From the NCBI GenBank assembly GCA_965197475.1, contig CBDANF010000003.1:512001-576000 (forward strand): DNA of 64,000 nt, given 5' to 3'. Source of the stretch: Candidatus Poribacteria bacterium. GTDB lineage: Bacteria > Poribacteria > WGA-4E > WGA-3G. Each line of letters opens with the position of its first letter. Position 1 is the stretch's first letter. Below are positions 10,273-19,349 of this stretch, one piece after another. The notes under the pieces were generated by a model. The model was not told the origin of the DNA, made no database searches, and was given only the letters and a program-made list of their open reading frames with translations. Position numbers and translations under genes: made by a program.

Positions 10273-11847
10273 TCAACGTTTTGCGGTGTATGACTCACGG
10301 ATCCATTCTTCAAGCACTGGATCAGGGTTCTCTACAACCTGCTTTGGAAAGTCAAACGATGATTGTCCTGTGTTCTGCTTGATGAGGTTCAAACCGTGCT
10401 GATAACTTTTCAGAATTTCATCACAGACCTGCTGTATAGATTTTTCTTGTGTCAATGCGCGTTCACAGATCGCTTCAGTTGCTTCTGTATCAAACGCAAT
10501 CTTCAAATCATGGTCAGCATGGAACTTCACTTCATACCTGCGAACCTGCTCGTGCATCACCGTGTTGCGATTGTAATCAGCATCTTCCATAATCCGCTTA
10601 AGTACGGCATCAGGTTCATCAACGACCGCTGCCGTGACAACAAATTCTACTACATTTGTAGACGGAAGTTCAAACTTATAGTTGCGCAGAACCTTTTCAC
10701 AGACAGTCATCAACGCACGCGCGCCGGTTTTCTGTTCAATCGCTTTTTCTGCGATTCGGCGTAATCCGCAGTCAGAAAATAGCATGGTAATGCCGTAAGC
10801 ATCGAAAGCGTTTTCATATTGCCGAATGATAGAACCTTCGGAATGTTTCAAGATATAAAATAGATCATCAACCGCCAATTCAGTGCAGACGACATGCACA
10901 GGTAGTCTGCCGATAAACTCAGGCTCAAAACCGAAATCGATAAAGTCTTTTGGGGTAACATGTTCAAGATGCTGTGCTACATCCTCTTTTTGGCTCGTGA
11001 CTTGGGCACTAAAACCTATTCTGTTCTGATGCATGCGTTTCTTGATAATATTCTCCATGCCAGTAAACGCACCGCTGATAATAAAAAGAATATGGCGGGT
11101 ATTAATCACCTCTTTTTCTACCTTGCCCCGTTTCTGGAATTCCATCGCAGCACGCATCTGAGAGGCAACATCGTTGCCTGATCTAAGGTCAACTTCGGTT
11201 TCCTCCATCAACTTGAGAAGTCCGATTTGCACGCCACGACCACTGACATCTCGTCCAATGATATTCGGTGGCGTGGAAATTTTGTCCGCTTCATCAAGAT
11301 AGATAATCCCGTACTGTGCCAATTCAAGATTATCATCCGCTTGCGCAACAAGTTCACGGATTAAGTCATCTACATTCGCACCGACATAACCGGTTTCACT
11401 AAATCTGGTGGCATCTGCTTTTACAAACGGCACGCCGATTAATTTGGCAATGTGTCGGATCAGATATGTCTTGCCAACACCGGTCGGACCGAGCATGACG
11501 ATGTTCTGTTTAGAGTAATCGGTTTCCGCAGCTTCAGGATTCTCGTGGCATTCTCGGACATGGTTGTAGTGATCACAGACAGCAATAGCAAGTGCCTTTT
11601 TTGCATCATCCTGTTTGATGACATACCGGTCTAAATACTTCTTAATATCTTTCGGTTTGAGGTCAAACTTCAAATCAAAGGTTTTCTGTGGCTCCGGTGC
11701 TTCTTCTTCTGTTGCACCTGGCGAGACCTGCGGACCTGTCACATTCACCATGCGAACGCCTATGTTGTCGCCGTACTTTTTTTGAAAGAACTCTTGGAAT
11801 TCCTTTTCGATTTCTTCTGGAGTGGGTATTTTTTTATTTGTAATCAT
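10273..11847 (-). CDS. ClpX-like AAA+ ATPase lacking the N-terminal zinc-binding domain, with a C-terminal extension
   Basis: LDRYVIKQ..AKK.LAIAV..HY, GPTGVGKT, GYVG pore loop, YLDEADK, RDVSG.GVQ, IGF loop, PEFIGRLP, TGARAL. Confidence 0.85.
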   Translation of the reverse strand: MITNKKIPTPEEIEKEFQEFFQKKYGDNIGVRMVNVTGPQVSPGATEEEAPEPQKTFDLKFDLKPKDIKKYLDRYVIKQDDAKKALAIAVCDHYNHVRECHENPEAAETDYSKQNIVMLGPTGVGKTYLIRHIAKLIGVPFVKADATRFSETGYVGANVDDLIRELVAQADDNLELAQYGIIYLDEADKISTPPNIIGRDVSGRGVQIGLLKLMEETEVDLRSGNDVASQMRAAMEFQKRGKVEKEVINTRHILFIISGAFTGMENIIKKRMHQNRIGFSAQVTSQKEDVAQHLEHVTPKDFIDFGFEPEFIGRLPVHVVCTELAVDDLFYILKHSEGSIIRQYENAFDAYGITMLFSDCGLRRIAEKAIEQKTGARALMTVCEKVLRNYKFELPSTNVVEFVVTAAVVDEPDAVLKRIMEDADYNRNTVMHEQVRRYEVKFHADHDLKIAFDTEATEAICERALTQEKSIQQVCDEILKSYQHGLNLIKQNTGQSSFDFPKQVVENPDPVLEEWIRESYTAKR

Positions 11848-11860
11848 AGTGTTTTAATTA

Positions 11861-11895
11861 GCCTTCGGCTTTCAGTTATCGACTGTCGGTTATTA
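11861..11895 (+). repeat. Degenerate 7-bp tandem repeat
   Basis: GCCTTCG GCTTTCA GTTATCG ACTGTCG GTTATTA; similar heptamers at 54168-54226. Confidence 0.5.
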
Positions 11896-11902
11896 GATAT
11901 CT

Positions 11903-11928
11903 CTACATACCTGTCGCCCGCTGGGGTT
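11903..11928 (+). repeat. Short palindromic repeat, family B (CTA.A.AC.T..CGCCCCGCTGGGGCT)
   Basis: Related copies at 15323-15349 and 15373-15399. Confidence 0.55.
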
Positions 11929-12021
11929 GTCAATCATTTTAAATTATCTATACCCTGAAAATCGACCTACAAAAAAGGATGAATTGGCAACTGTTGCCAA
12001 AATTTTTACGCCTCTATTAAC

Positions 12022-13572
12022 CTAACCCATTACATTTGCATAGAAAAATGGTGGCATTGTCAAGGCAACTACATCATCATCGCCAGAGATTTCACGTGCC
12101 ATTGCAAGCGCATCGTCTAAGTTTTTTGCCCAATCAACACCTAATTGCTGTGCCACCCGCGGTTCTTTCGGACCGACCAGGATCACCTTTGATAGATATT
12201 TCAGCGGATAGGTTGCCCAATACCACACTGTAAACGGGTGAAAACCGTGATGCGCAAATTTGTTCCGATAACAATCAATTAAATACTCGTCCTTCGCATA
12301 TTTTTCCTGATACTTCTGTTGCATCTCAAAAGGTTCCGTTGTATCCGCAAGAACCTCTTCATAGAACATCTTATATGCAACGTGATACTCCTCATGGAAA
12401 ATCTCATAAGTTGGGTTCATAATGATGACAACACCGTTTTCTTTGATAATCGGTTTGTTATAGAACCAGTTGAACACATATCCCAAGATGTCGCTTACGA
12501 CTAAAACAGGGTTAATGCGAGCGTCAACGGCGTAGGGACTCATATCTGGCAAGCCGAACACCAAAGTACTAAACTGACGTGGAATATCAATTGCCAACTG
12601 ATCTTTCATCAATACCAACGTTTTCGCGTGAACGGCATCAATGTCGCCAGCGTTCACTGCGATCGGCTCATAGTCCGTCTGGACGCTTTTCAGTATTTTA
12701 TACCGGACTGATTCTGGTAATAAGGATAGCGTTGTTGGTGTAAAAGTTTTGATAATCCGCTCAGCAATGTTGCAGTCCTTGTTAGGTTTTCCAACATAAC
12801 GGAGATGGAACGGATATATCGCTCCATTCATCGCTGCTTCAAGGACTAAAATCGGTGTCTCTTTTTGAATGAGACGGCTCATCCGCTCAATACATGCGTG
12901 CATGTGTGAGCCTTCCGGTTGCATCACATGTGGGCTGTCCGATGTCATGTGCGGCGAGTGGTGTGGTGCAATAGAGTTATAAGTCCCAAGTCCAACAGCA
13001 ACAGATTTGTGTCCTCCGTTGAGCGGAATCTGGATCATATCAACGTAAATTATCAGATCGGCATCAAGGGCATCTTTATCTGTCTCAACGATTTCGTCTT
13101 TTTCTGTTTTCCCTACTTCAACAATCTGTTCGGCATCCTCAGCGTCAAAATTTCGGAGTTGGTGCGGATAAAATTCATCCATAATGTCTTTGCCTAACAT
13201 ATAGGCGAGTTCATGTTCTTTCATCTTCCGGTGAAGTGCGACTGCACACATCAACTGGATGTTCTTTTTGTCCACTCCATACTCGTCCAGCATCTTCAGG
13301 AGCGTCTCAATCATAATCTGCCGCATATCCGGCTTTTTTGTCGCAGGAAAAGGTTGGCAGTTGTCATCAAAGAGGATTAGTACTTTTGAATTGCCATCAA
13401 CAAGTTCACGCAGCGGAGGCATCTCAAGTGGATTTTCAAAGGCACGTTGCGTGTGTTCGCGCAATGCAGCACGCTTAATTCCCGGCAGCGGCGGTTTGGC
13501 GTAGTAAACCTCTGAGTTATCTGGTATGTTCGCGTTGACGAGGTGATTTCCGAAGTATGTGAAGTATTTCAT
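12022..13572 (-). CDS. Lactate racemase (LarA/DUF2088) domain protein, divergent
   Basis: ENPLEMPPL.EL, ILFDD, A(V)ALHR, GGHKS...G.......HH, VIIM; adjacent to larB. Confidence 0.8.
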   Translation of the reverse strand: MKYFTYFGNHLVNANIPDNSEVYYAKPPLPGIKRAALREHTQRAFENPLEMPPLRELVDGNSKVLILFDDNCQPFPATKKPDMRQIMIETLLKMLDEYGVDKKNIQLMCAVALHRKMKEHELAYMLGKDIMDEFYPHQLRNFDAEDAEQIVEVGKTEKDEIVETDKDALDADLIIYVDMIQIPLNGGHKSVAVGLGTYNSIAPHHSPHMTSDSPHVMQPEGSHMHACIERMSRLIQKETPILVLEAAMNGAIYPFHLRYVGKPNKDCNIAERIIKTFTPTTLSLLPESVRYKILKSVQTDYEPIAVNAGDIDAVHAKTLVLMKDQLAIDIPRQFSTLVFGLPDMSPYAVDARINPVLVVSDILGYVFNWFYNKPIIKENGVVIIMNPTYEIFHEEYHVAYKMFYEEVLADTTEPFEMQQKYQEKYAKDEYLIDCYRNKFAHHGFHPFTVWYWATYPLKYLSKVILVGPKEPRVAQQLGVDWAKNLDDALAMAREISGDDDVVALTMPPFFYANVMG

Positions 13573-13626
13573 TAACCTTTAAATACGATTCAGACTATGT
13601 GTTATTAGGGTTTATTCCTTATATTT

Positions 13627-13655
13627 ATTTTAGCACAGTTGGGGGAATAGTGCAA
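13627..13655 (-). promoter_or_regulatory. sigma70-type promoter for the LarA-like gene
   Basis: TTGCAC-17 bp-TAAAAT with extended TG. Confidence 0.55.
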
Positions 13656-13850
13656 GTTTTTTTGTCAAACTGTTACTCCACTTTAGAAGGGTTAACTTCC
13701 CATTAATTTTATGGTATATTTTAACGTGAGTTCGATATTAGGATCCAAGTGTAGTATAAACGTAGGTTGGGTAGAGCATAGCGAACTCGCAGAATGCCAT
13801 AAGCGCATTTGGTGTTGATTTGTAGTCGCTGCAACAGGAAGCAAATGTGT

Positions 13851-14603
13851 TTAGGTATCTGACAACCGATTTATAAGCGCGGCACTATATCCTGCCCCGA
13901 ACCCATTATCAATGTTGACAACAGTGACACCAGAAGCACAACTGTTTAGCATACCGAGCAACGCAGCAAGTCCACCAAAACTTGCACCGTATCCGACGCT
14001 TGTCGGCACTGCGATGACGGGACTGTCAACCAACCCCCCAACTACGCTCGGTAATGCGCCTTCCATACCCGCAATCACAACAATTACACGTGCATTCAAA
14101 AGTTTTTCGTGATTGCTAATAAGTCTGTGTAACCCCGCAACACCAACGTCGTAGAGGCGTTCAGGCGGACTACCCAACATGCAAGCAGTTTCAGCCGCTT
14201 CTTCCGCAACAGGTAAGTCAGAGGTGCCAGCTGAAATGACAAGAACGCCTGGTTTGCCTTGCACATCAGATTGCACAACAGTGATTGTCCGTCCGAGTTC
14301 GTTATAACGCGCTTCAGGATGGAGTGTTTTGACGGCTTCGTACATTGAGGGAGTTGCCCGCGTTGCAAGTAGCGGGTGCCCAGCACTGAGGATACTTTCG
14401 CTAATTTTTGCAACTTGAGCATCCGTTTTTCCTTCACAAAAAATGACTTCAGGAAAACCGGTGCGAAGCTGTCGATGGTGGTCAATTTTGGAAAAGCCGA
14501 GGTCTTCAAAAGGGAGGATGCGGAGAGACTGAAGCGCATCGTTCACTTCAATCTCTCCACTTTTGATTTTCTCAAGGAGAGTTGTTAACTTTTTAACTTC
14601 CAT
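13851..14603 (-). CDS. larB: Nickel-pincer cofactor biosynthesis protein LarB (AIR carboxylase family)
   Basis: DHHRQLRTGFPEVIFCEGKT, AGTSDLPVAEEA, DVGVAGLHRL, AGMEGALPSVVGG, PTSVGYGA, VNIDNGFGA. Confidence 0.95.
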   Translation of the reverse strand: MEVKKLTTLLEKIKSGEIEVNDALQSLRILPFEDLGFSKIDHHRQLRTGFPEVIFCEGKTDAQVAKISESILSAGHPLLATRATPSMYEAVKTLHPEARYNELGRTITVVQSDVQGKPGVLVISAGTSDLPVAEEAAETACMLGSPPERLYDVGVAGLHRLISNHEKLLNARVIVVIAGMEGALPSVVGGLVDSPVIAVPTSVGYGASFGGLAALLGMLNSCASGVTVVNIDNGFGAGYSAALINRLSDT

Positions 14604-14710
14604 ACACGTGTTGAAACTATGCCAAATAGGTTGTTAGAATTTCTGCAAGAGCAAGTTGTATTAGGATACTAAATTAAAACGTACTTCTCAAAACTTAGGT
14701 AATTTTGAGA

Positions 14711-15121
14711 TTAAGCTTCTTCAGTTTCCTTTTTACCAGATTTCTTGTCGTTAGAGAGACCGGGAATCGTCTCAGTAATTTTGCTTCTGACTTCGGAAGA
14801 AACTTTTTTGCCTGTTTCGACTGCAGATTTCACTTGATCCTTTGCGTCCATGACACGTTCTTTGCCGACTTCAACGAATCCTTGCACACTTTCCTTGCCA
14901 TGGTCTACAAGGTGCTGTACATTTTCCTTCGCTGCTTCACTCGCATGTTGAGCGAATTCCAAAGTTTTATCTTTAGCTTGAACGGAGGTATCCCGAATTT
15001 TTTGTCGAGTCTCTTTTCCAGGCGCTGGCGCGTAGAGAAGACTGAGTACGGCACCTGTTAAAAAACCGGTGAAGAAGGCGAAAATCATTGTCAATCCATT
15101 GTTGCGTCCATCGTTGCTCAT
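14711..15121 (-). CDS. YtxH-domain general stress protein
   Basis: FFTGFLTGAVLSLLYAPAPGKETRQKI followed by a charged helical tail. Confidence 0.85.
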   Translation of the reverse strand: MSNDGRNNGLTMIFAFFTGFLTGAVLSLLYAPAPGKETRQKIRDTSVQAKDKTLEFAQHASEAAKENVQHLVDHGKESVQGFVEVGKERVMDAKDQVKSAVETGKKVSSEVRSKITETIPGLSNDKKSGKKETEEA

Positions 15122-15241
15122 TAGATTATCCTTTCTTTAATATAAACTTGAGAGTTAACACAATGCTGATTTATCACATTTTGGATGAAATTCTTCATTC
15201 CTTTAATATAATACGTTTATTTTGAATATTTCTTTTCAATT

Positions 15242-15520
15242 AACTAAACTTTGGACAATTTTAGAGTGCTTGTGTGGTAACAAGGGTAATAGAAACACCT
15301 TGTACATCAAGGTAAGATTTGTTTATACACATTTCGCCCCGCTGGAGCTTACTCCGTTAAGGTTATCGTTTTCTATAAACATTCCGCCCCGCTGGGGCTG
15401 CTCTTTGCTGCACACGAAATACTTATTTCTGTGAGTTACGAACCTGAACAAAACTTGCAGAAAACAGAAAATACTTGAAAACTCAACATCAAACAGACAG
15501 AAATTGTCCAAACTTTAGTT
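15242..15520. mobile_element. MITE-like element carrying two family-B palindromic repeats
   Basis: Terminal inverted repeats AACTAAACTTTGGACAATTT (15242-15261) / AAATTGTCCAAACTTTAGTT (15501-15520), 19/20 match; no credible CDS inside. Confidence 0.55.
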
Positions 15521-15581
15521 CAATTATGTGGAAGTTCACAAAAATTTTCTTCAGTCTGATTACCTGCAAAAGTCAACTTTC

Positions 15582-16205
15582 CTACTCAGCGGCGGCTTCA
15601 GGTTGTTCTTCCGGTGTGCTGGTTTCCAATTCCTCAACTTCACTTGGTGGTTGAGAATCACCATTTTCTGCTTTAGGTTGATTAGTTCCGTTTGATTGAG
15701 ACGATTTATAAAGTCTGTCCCAACCTGCTTTCAACCCATGCCACATCCCCACAATATCTGCCAGTGATACTGCGACTTGATTACGAAAGTACTCTGCTTG
15801 TTCAATTGTTTGACCCGAAAAAGAAGATACCTTTTGTACAAGCGATTCAAGCTCCCGCACACTTTGATTCAGTGTTTCTGTCAATTCTTGTACGTTATGT
15901 AAAGTAGGTTGTACCTCATTTTCACTGATTTGTTGAATTGACGCTGTAACACCATTCAGATTTTGTAGTAGTTCCGGTAATTCCTTGTTAATCTCTTTTA
16001 CAGTTTGACTGACATCTGTTATGAGTATCCCTACTTCCTGATTAACGAGGTTTTCCGTAGAATTAAGCGTGTTCTGAATACTACTTAGCGAATTTCTTAA
16101 ACTGCCGAGTGTTGCACATAAATAACCAATTAAGGCTGTTAAAGCAATTAGTGATACACCAAGACTGCATTTCCAAAAAATCGAAACAATCAAATTCCAA
16201 TCCAT
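15582..16205 (-). CDS. DUF948/YtxG-like membrane-anchored coiled-coil protein
   Basis: N-terminal TM then heptad coiled coil; upstream of the YtxH gene, as in ytxGH pairs. Confidence 0.6.
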   Translation of the reverse strand: MDWNLIVSIFWKCSLGVSLIALTALIGYLCATLGSLRNSLSSIQNTLNSTENLVNQEVGILITDVSQTVKEINKELPELLQNLNGVTASIQQISENEVQPTLHNVQELTETLNQSVRELESLVQKVSSFSGQTIEQAEYFRNQVAVSLADIVGMWHGLKAGWDRLYKSSQSNGTNQPKAENGDSQPPSEVEELETSTPEEQPEAAAE

Positions 16206-16219
16206 GTGTTTAGTTTTCC

Positions 16220-18880
16220 TTATTCCTGTAGTTGGTTTTCTATAATTTGTGTGGTTGCAGCAATTGCTGCGTCCACTTTACCTGAGTTTCGACCGCCACC
16301 TTGTGCCAATTCCGGGCGACCACCACCCCGTCCATCGGCGAGTTGCGTAATTGCTTGCATGATTTGACCCGCATGTAAACCCCGATTTTTTACAAGGTCT
16401 GAAGTTACACCAACGACAAATGCTACTTCCTCACCTGTGACGGAGGCAAGTACAACAACACCCGATTCAAGTTTATTTTTTAACCCATCAACGAGTTGTC
16501 GCAAACTATTTCTATCACTGTTTTCTACACGTGAAGCAACAACCTTTACCTCTTTAACACATGATGCCCCTTCAAGTAAGGCATCAATATTAGAAAGCGC
16601 GTTCTTGCTTTTCAATTGTTGTATCTGCTGTTCCAAATCACGTTGTTCTTGGAGTAGTTGCGCAATTCTTTCTGTCAAACCGGTTTTCGGTGTTTTCAGC
16701 AAATTTGCGACATTTGCCAGTAAAGCCTCGTCATCCTGAATTGTTGTTACCGCTGTGCTACCTGTGAGTGCTTCAACACGGCGGACACCAGCGGCGATAC
16801 TACTCTCACTTATTAATTTGACATAACCGAGTTCGCCTATTGCATCTACGTGTGTGCCACCGCATAACTCTACACTATATTCACCTGCTTGCACAACCCG
16901 AACGATGTCGCCATATTTGTCGCCGAAAAATGCTAATGCGCCTTTTTCTTTAGCCTGATCCAACGTCATTTCGCTGATAGCAAGTTTGTCATTTTGACGA
17001 ATCTTCTCATTGACATAGGTCTCAATATCGCGGAGTTGCTTCGATGAAACGCCTTCATAATGGTTAAAATCGAACCTTAATCTTCCCGCTTGAACGAGTG
17101 ATCCTGCTTGTCCTACGTGCGTTCCGAGTATACTTCGTAATCCACTGTGAAGCAGATGTGTTCCGGTATGGCTTACTGCTATGGAATTGCGACGGTCACT
17201 GTCAATCTGTGCCTTCACTTTGGTAAACGGGGTAATCTCACCTTCAATTACCTTACACTTATGCACGAATAGGTCAGGTGAAGGTTTTATCGTGTCAAGC
17301 ACTGCAAGTTTCGCGTCAGCACTTTCAAGTATTCCTATATCGCCAACTTGCCCGCCCGATTCCCCGTAAAATGGCGTGCGATTGAGTAAGACTGAGACCT
17401 CTTCATTCTGCTTTGCCCTTGCAACCGATTCTGTTCCTGCAATCAACGCAACAATTTCTGCATCGGTACTATGTTTTATGTATCCAACAAATTCTGTGCT
17501 ACCGGTCTCTTTGAGTACTTCTGCGTAAACAGCGATTTCATCGTCTTTCGCACCACTACCTATCGCTTGCCATGCTGCGCGTCCTCGTGCGCGTTGTTCA
17601 GCCATACTATCTTCAAAACCGGATTCATCTACAGTAAACCCTTCTTCGCGCGTCAGAAGTTGCGTTAGGTCAAGCGGAAAACCGAATGTGTCGTATAACT
17701 CAAAGGCGCGTTGTCCATCAAGTTGGGTTTCGCTTTTTGTTTTGAGCGTGTCAATCGACTGTTCAAGCATGTCCAACCCGCGTGCCAGCGTTTGATGAAA
17801 ACGATTTTCCTCTGCCTGAATTGTACGTGTAATGAATTCCTTACGCGGCAAAACATCGGGGAAAACATTGCCAAGTAACTGAATGACTTTATCAACGAGA
17901 CGATAAATAAACGGTTCGCCCATTTCCAATTTTTTGCCATATAACACGGCGCGCCGTAAAATTCGACGGGTTACATAGCCTCGCCCATCGTTTGATGGCA
18001 TCACGCCATCACCGATAGCAAACGTTAAACATCGGATATGGTCAGCGATTACTCTATGTGGTAATCCGCTGATGTCATGTGAGTAGGCGGTATCTGTCAT
18101 ATCCGAAATTGTTTCCAGAAGCGGGGTAAATAGGTCTGTCTTGTAGTTAGAATCAACCCTTTGCAATACAGAGGTAATTCTTTCAAACCCCATGCCCGTG
18201 TCTACGTGAGTGGCAGGCAGGTCTTCAAGTGTCCCATTCTGATCACGATTGTATTGAATAAACACGAGATTCCAAAATTCTCGGAATCGATCACTCGTGT
18301 TCGGACCAGCATCAGGGTCGTTTGCAGTTTCAGGGTATGCCTCCACACCTAAATCAACAAAAAGTTCGCTACACGGGCCACAGGGACCGGTCTCCCCCAT
18401 TTCCCAAAAGTTGTCCTTATCACAGCGGCGAATACGAGAAAGCGGTAAATCGGTCTCTTGGAGCCAAAGTTTTTCAGCCTCATCGTCTCCGATATAAACC
18501 GTTGCCCAGATCAGTTCTTTGGGAATTTTCCACAATTCCGTCACTAATTCCCACGCATAAGCGATAGCTCCCTGTTTATAGTAATCTCCGAAGGACCAGT
18601 TTCCGAGCATCTCAAAGAAAGTATGGTGGCTTGGTGAATGCCCGACCTCTTCAAGGTCATTGTGTTTTCCACTGACACGCAGACATTTCTGTGTGTCTAC
18701 AGCCCTTGTGTATTCCCGCTGTCCTATTCCGAGAAAGACATCTTTGAATTGGTTCATCCCCGCATTTGTAAACAGCAACGTCGGGTCGCCCGCAGGAATC
18801 AACGAGGCACTTGGAACAACTGTGTGTCCTTTTTTTTGGAAATATTCTAAAAAACTTGCTCTGATTTCATCTGATGTCAT
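16220..18880 (-). CDS. alaS: Alanine--tRNA ligase
   Basis: DPTLLFTNAGMNQFK, HHTFFEMLGNWSFGDY, GPCGPCSE, DTGMGFER, LYDTFGFP, HTGTHLLH, ELCGGTH, GGGRP; start MTSDEIR at 18880 because a promoter overlaps the longer ORF start. Confidence 0.98.
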   Translation of the reverse strand: MTSDEIRASFLEYFQKKGHTVVPSASLIPAGDPTLLFTNAGMNQFKDVFLGIGQREYTRAVDTQKCLRVSGKHNDLEEVGHSPSHHTFFEMLGNWSFGDYYKQGAIAYAWELVTELWKIPKELIWATVYIGDDEAEKLWLQETDLPLSRIRRCDKDNFWEMGETGPCGPCSELFVDLGVEAYPETANDPDAGPNTSDRFREFWNLVFIQYNRDQNGTLEDLPATHVDTGMGFERITSVLQRVDSNYKTDLFTPLLETISDMTDTAYSHDISGLPHRVIADHIRCLTFAIGDGVMPSNDGRGYVTRRILRRAVLYGKKLEMGEPFIYRLVDKVIQLLGNVFPDVLPRKEFITRTIQAEENRFHQTLARGLDMLEQSIDTLKTKSETQLDGQRAFELYDTFGFPLDLTQLLTREEGFTVDESGFEDSMAEQRARGRAAWQAIGSGAKDDEIAVYAEVLKETGSTEFVGYIKHSTDAEIVALIAGTESVARAKQNEEVSVLLNRTPFYGESGGQVGDIGILESADAKLAVLDTIKPSPDLFVHKCKVIEGEITPFTKVKAQIDSDRRNSIAVSHTGTHLLHSGLRSILGTHVGQAGSLVQAGRLRFDFNHYEGVSSKQLRDIETYVNEKIRQNDKLAISEMTLDQAKEKGALAFFGDKYGDIVRVVQAGEYSVELCGGTHVDAIGELGYVKLISESSIAAGVRRVEALTGSTAVTTIQDDEALLANVANLLKTPKTGLTERIAQLLQEQRDLEQQIQQLKSKNALSNIDALLEGASCVKEVKVVASRVENSDRNSLRQLVDGLKNKLESGVVVLASVTGEEVAFVVGVTSDLVKNRGLHAGQIMQAITQLADGRGGGRPELAQGGGRNSGKVDAAIAATTQIIENQLQE

Positions 18881-18906
18881 AATTTTGACTCGCTTCCATA
18901 AATCCA

Positions 18907-18936
18907 ATTATAGTTTATTTTCAGTTAAGAAGTCAA
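18907..18936 (-). promoter_or_regulatory. sigma70-type promoter for alaS
   Basis: TTGACT-18 bp-TATAAT. Confidence 0.55.
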
Positions 18937-19349
18937 GACAAAAAGAATCTGCACAAGGTTATTTAGTTTTAAGAACTATCAGTTGATGAGTGTTACTGAA
19001 AGTTAGGTCGTGCAGTGAAGCATAGCAAACGTAGCTAGACTTTTCATGTCACATCTGTGATTCATTTTCACCTCAAGCTAACGTTGATGGTAGAAAATAC
19101 ACTTTGAATGAATGTGAGGATTCCGCGAATGACACAACATGCGTAGGTAGCAATCGAGAGTATTTTCCAATTTGTTTCAATCCAACTTTTTCAGACGCGT
19201 AAAGGTGCACACCTCTCGGAATGTAGGGTTCAGTTTTAGTAAAACGTAAGTATTCAAGAATAGAATCTAACGGCTTTCTGGGAACTTACCACATGTCCGT
19301 TCTTCCGTGCTTTGAGAAACCGAATAAAAATGCTTTTCAGGGCATCTCT

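Noticed and set aside
15323-15399. Two 27-bp direct repeats as a mini CRISPR array
   Set aside because: Only two imperfect copies, a 23-bp gap, a solo copy at 11903 and no cas genes; fits a dispersed palindromic repeat
18937-19349. T-box or other ncRNA upstream of alaS
   Set aside because: The promoter lies directly upstream of the alaS start, leaving no leader; no T-box consensus seen, only degenerate REP-like fragments
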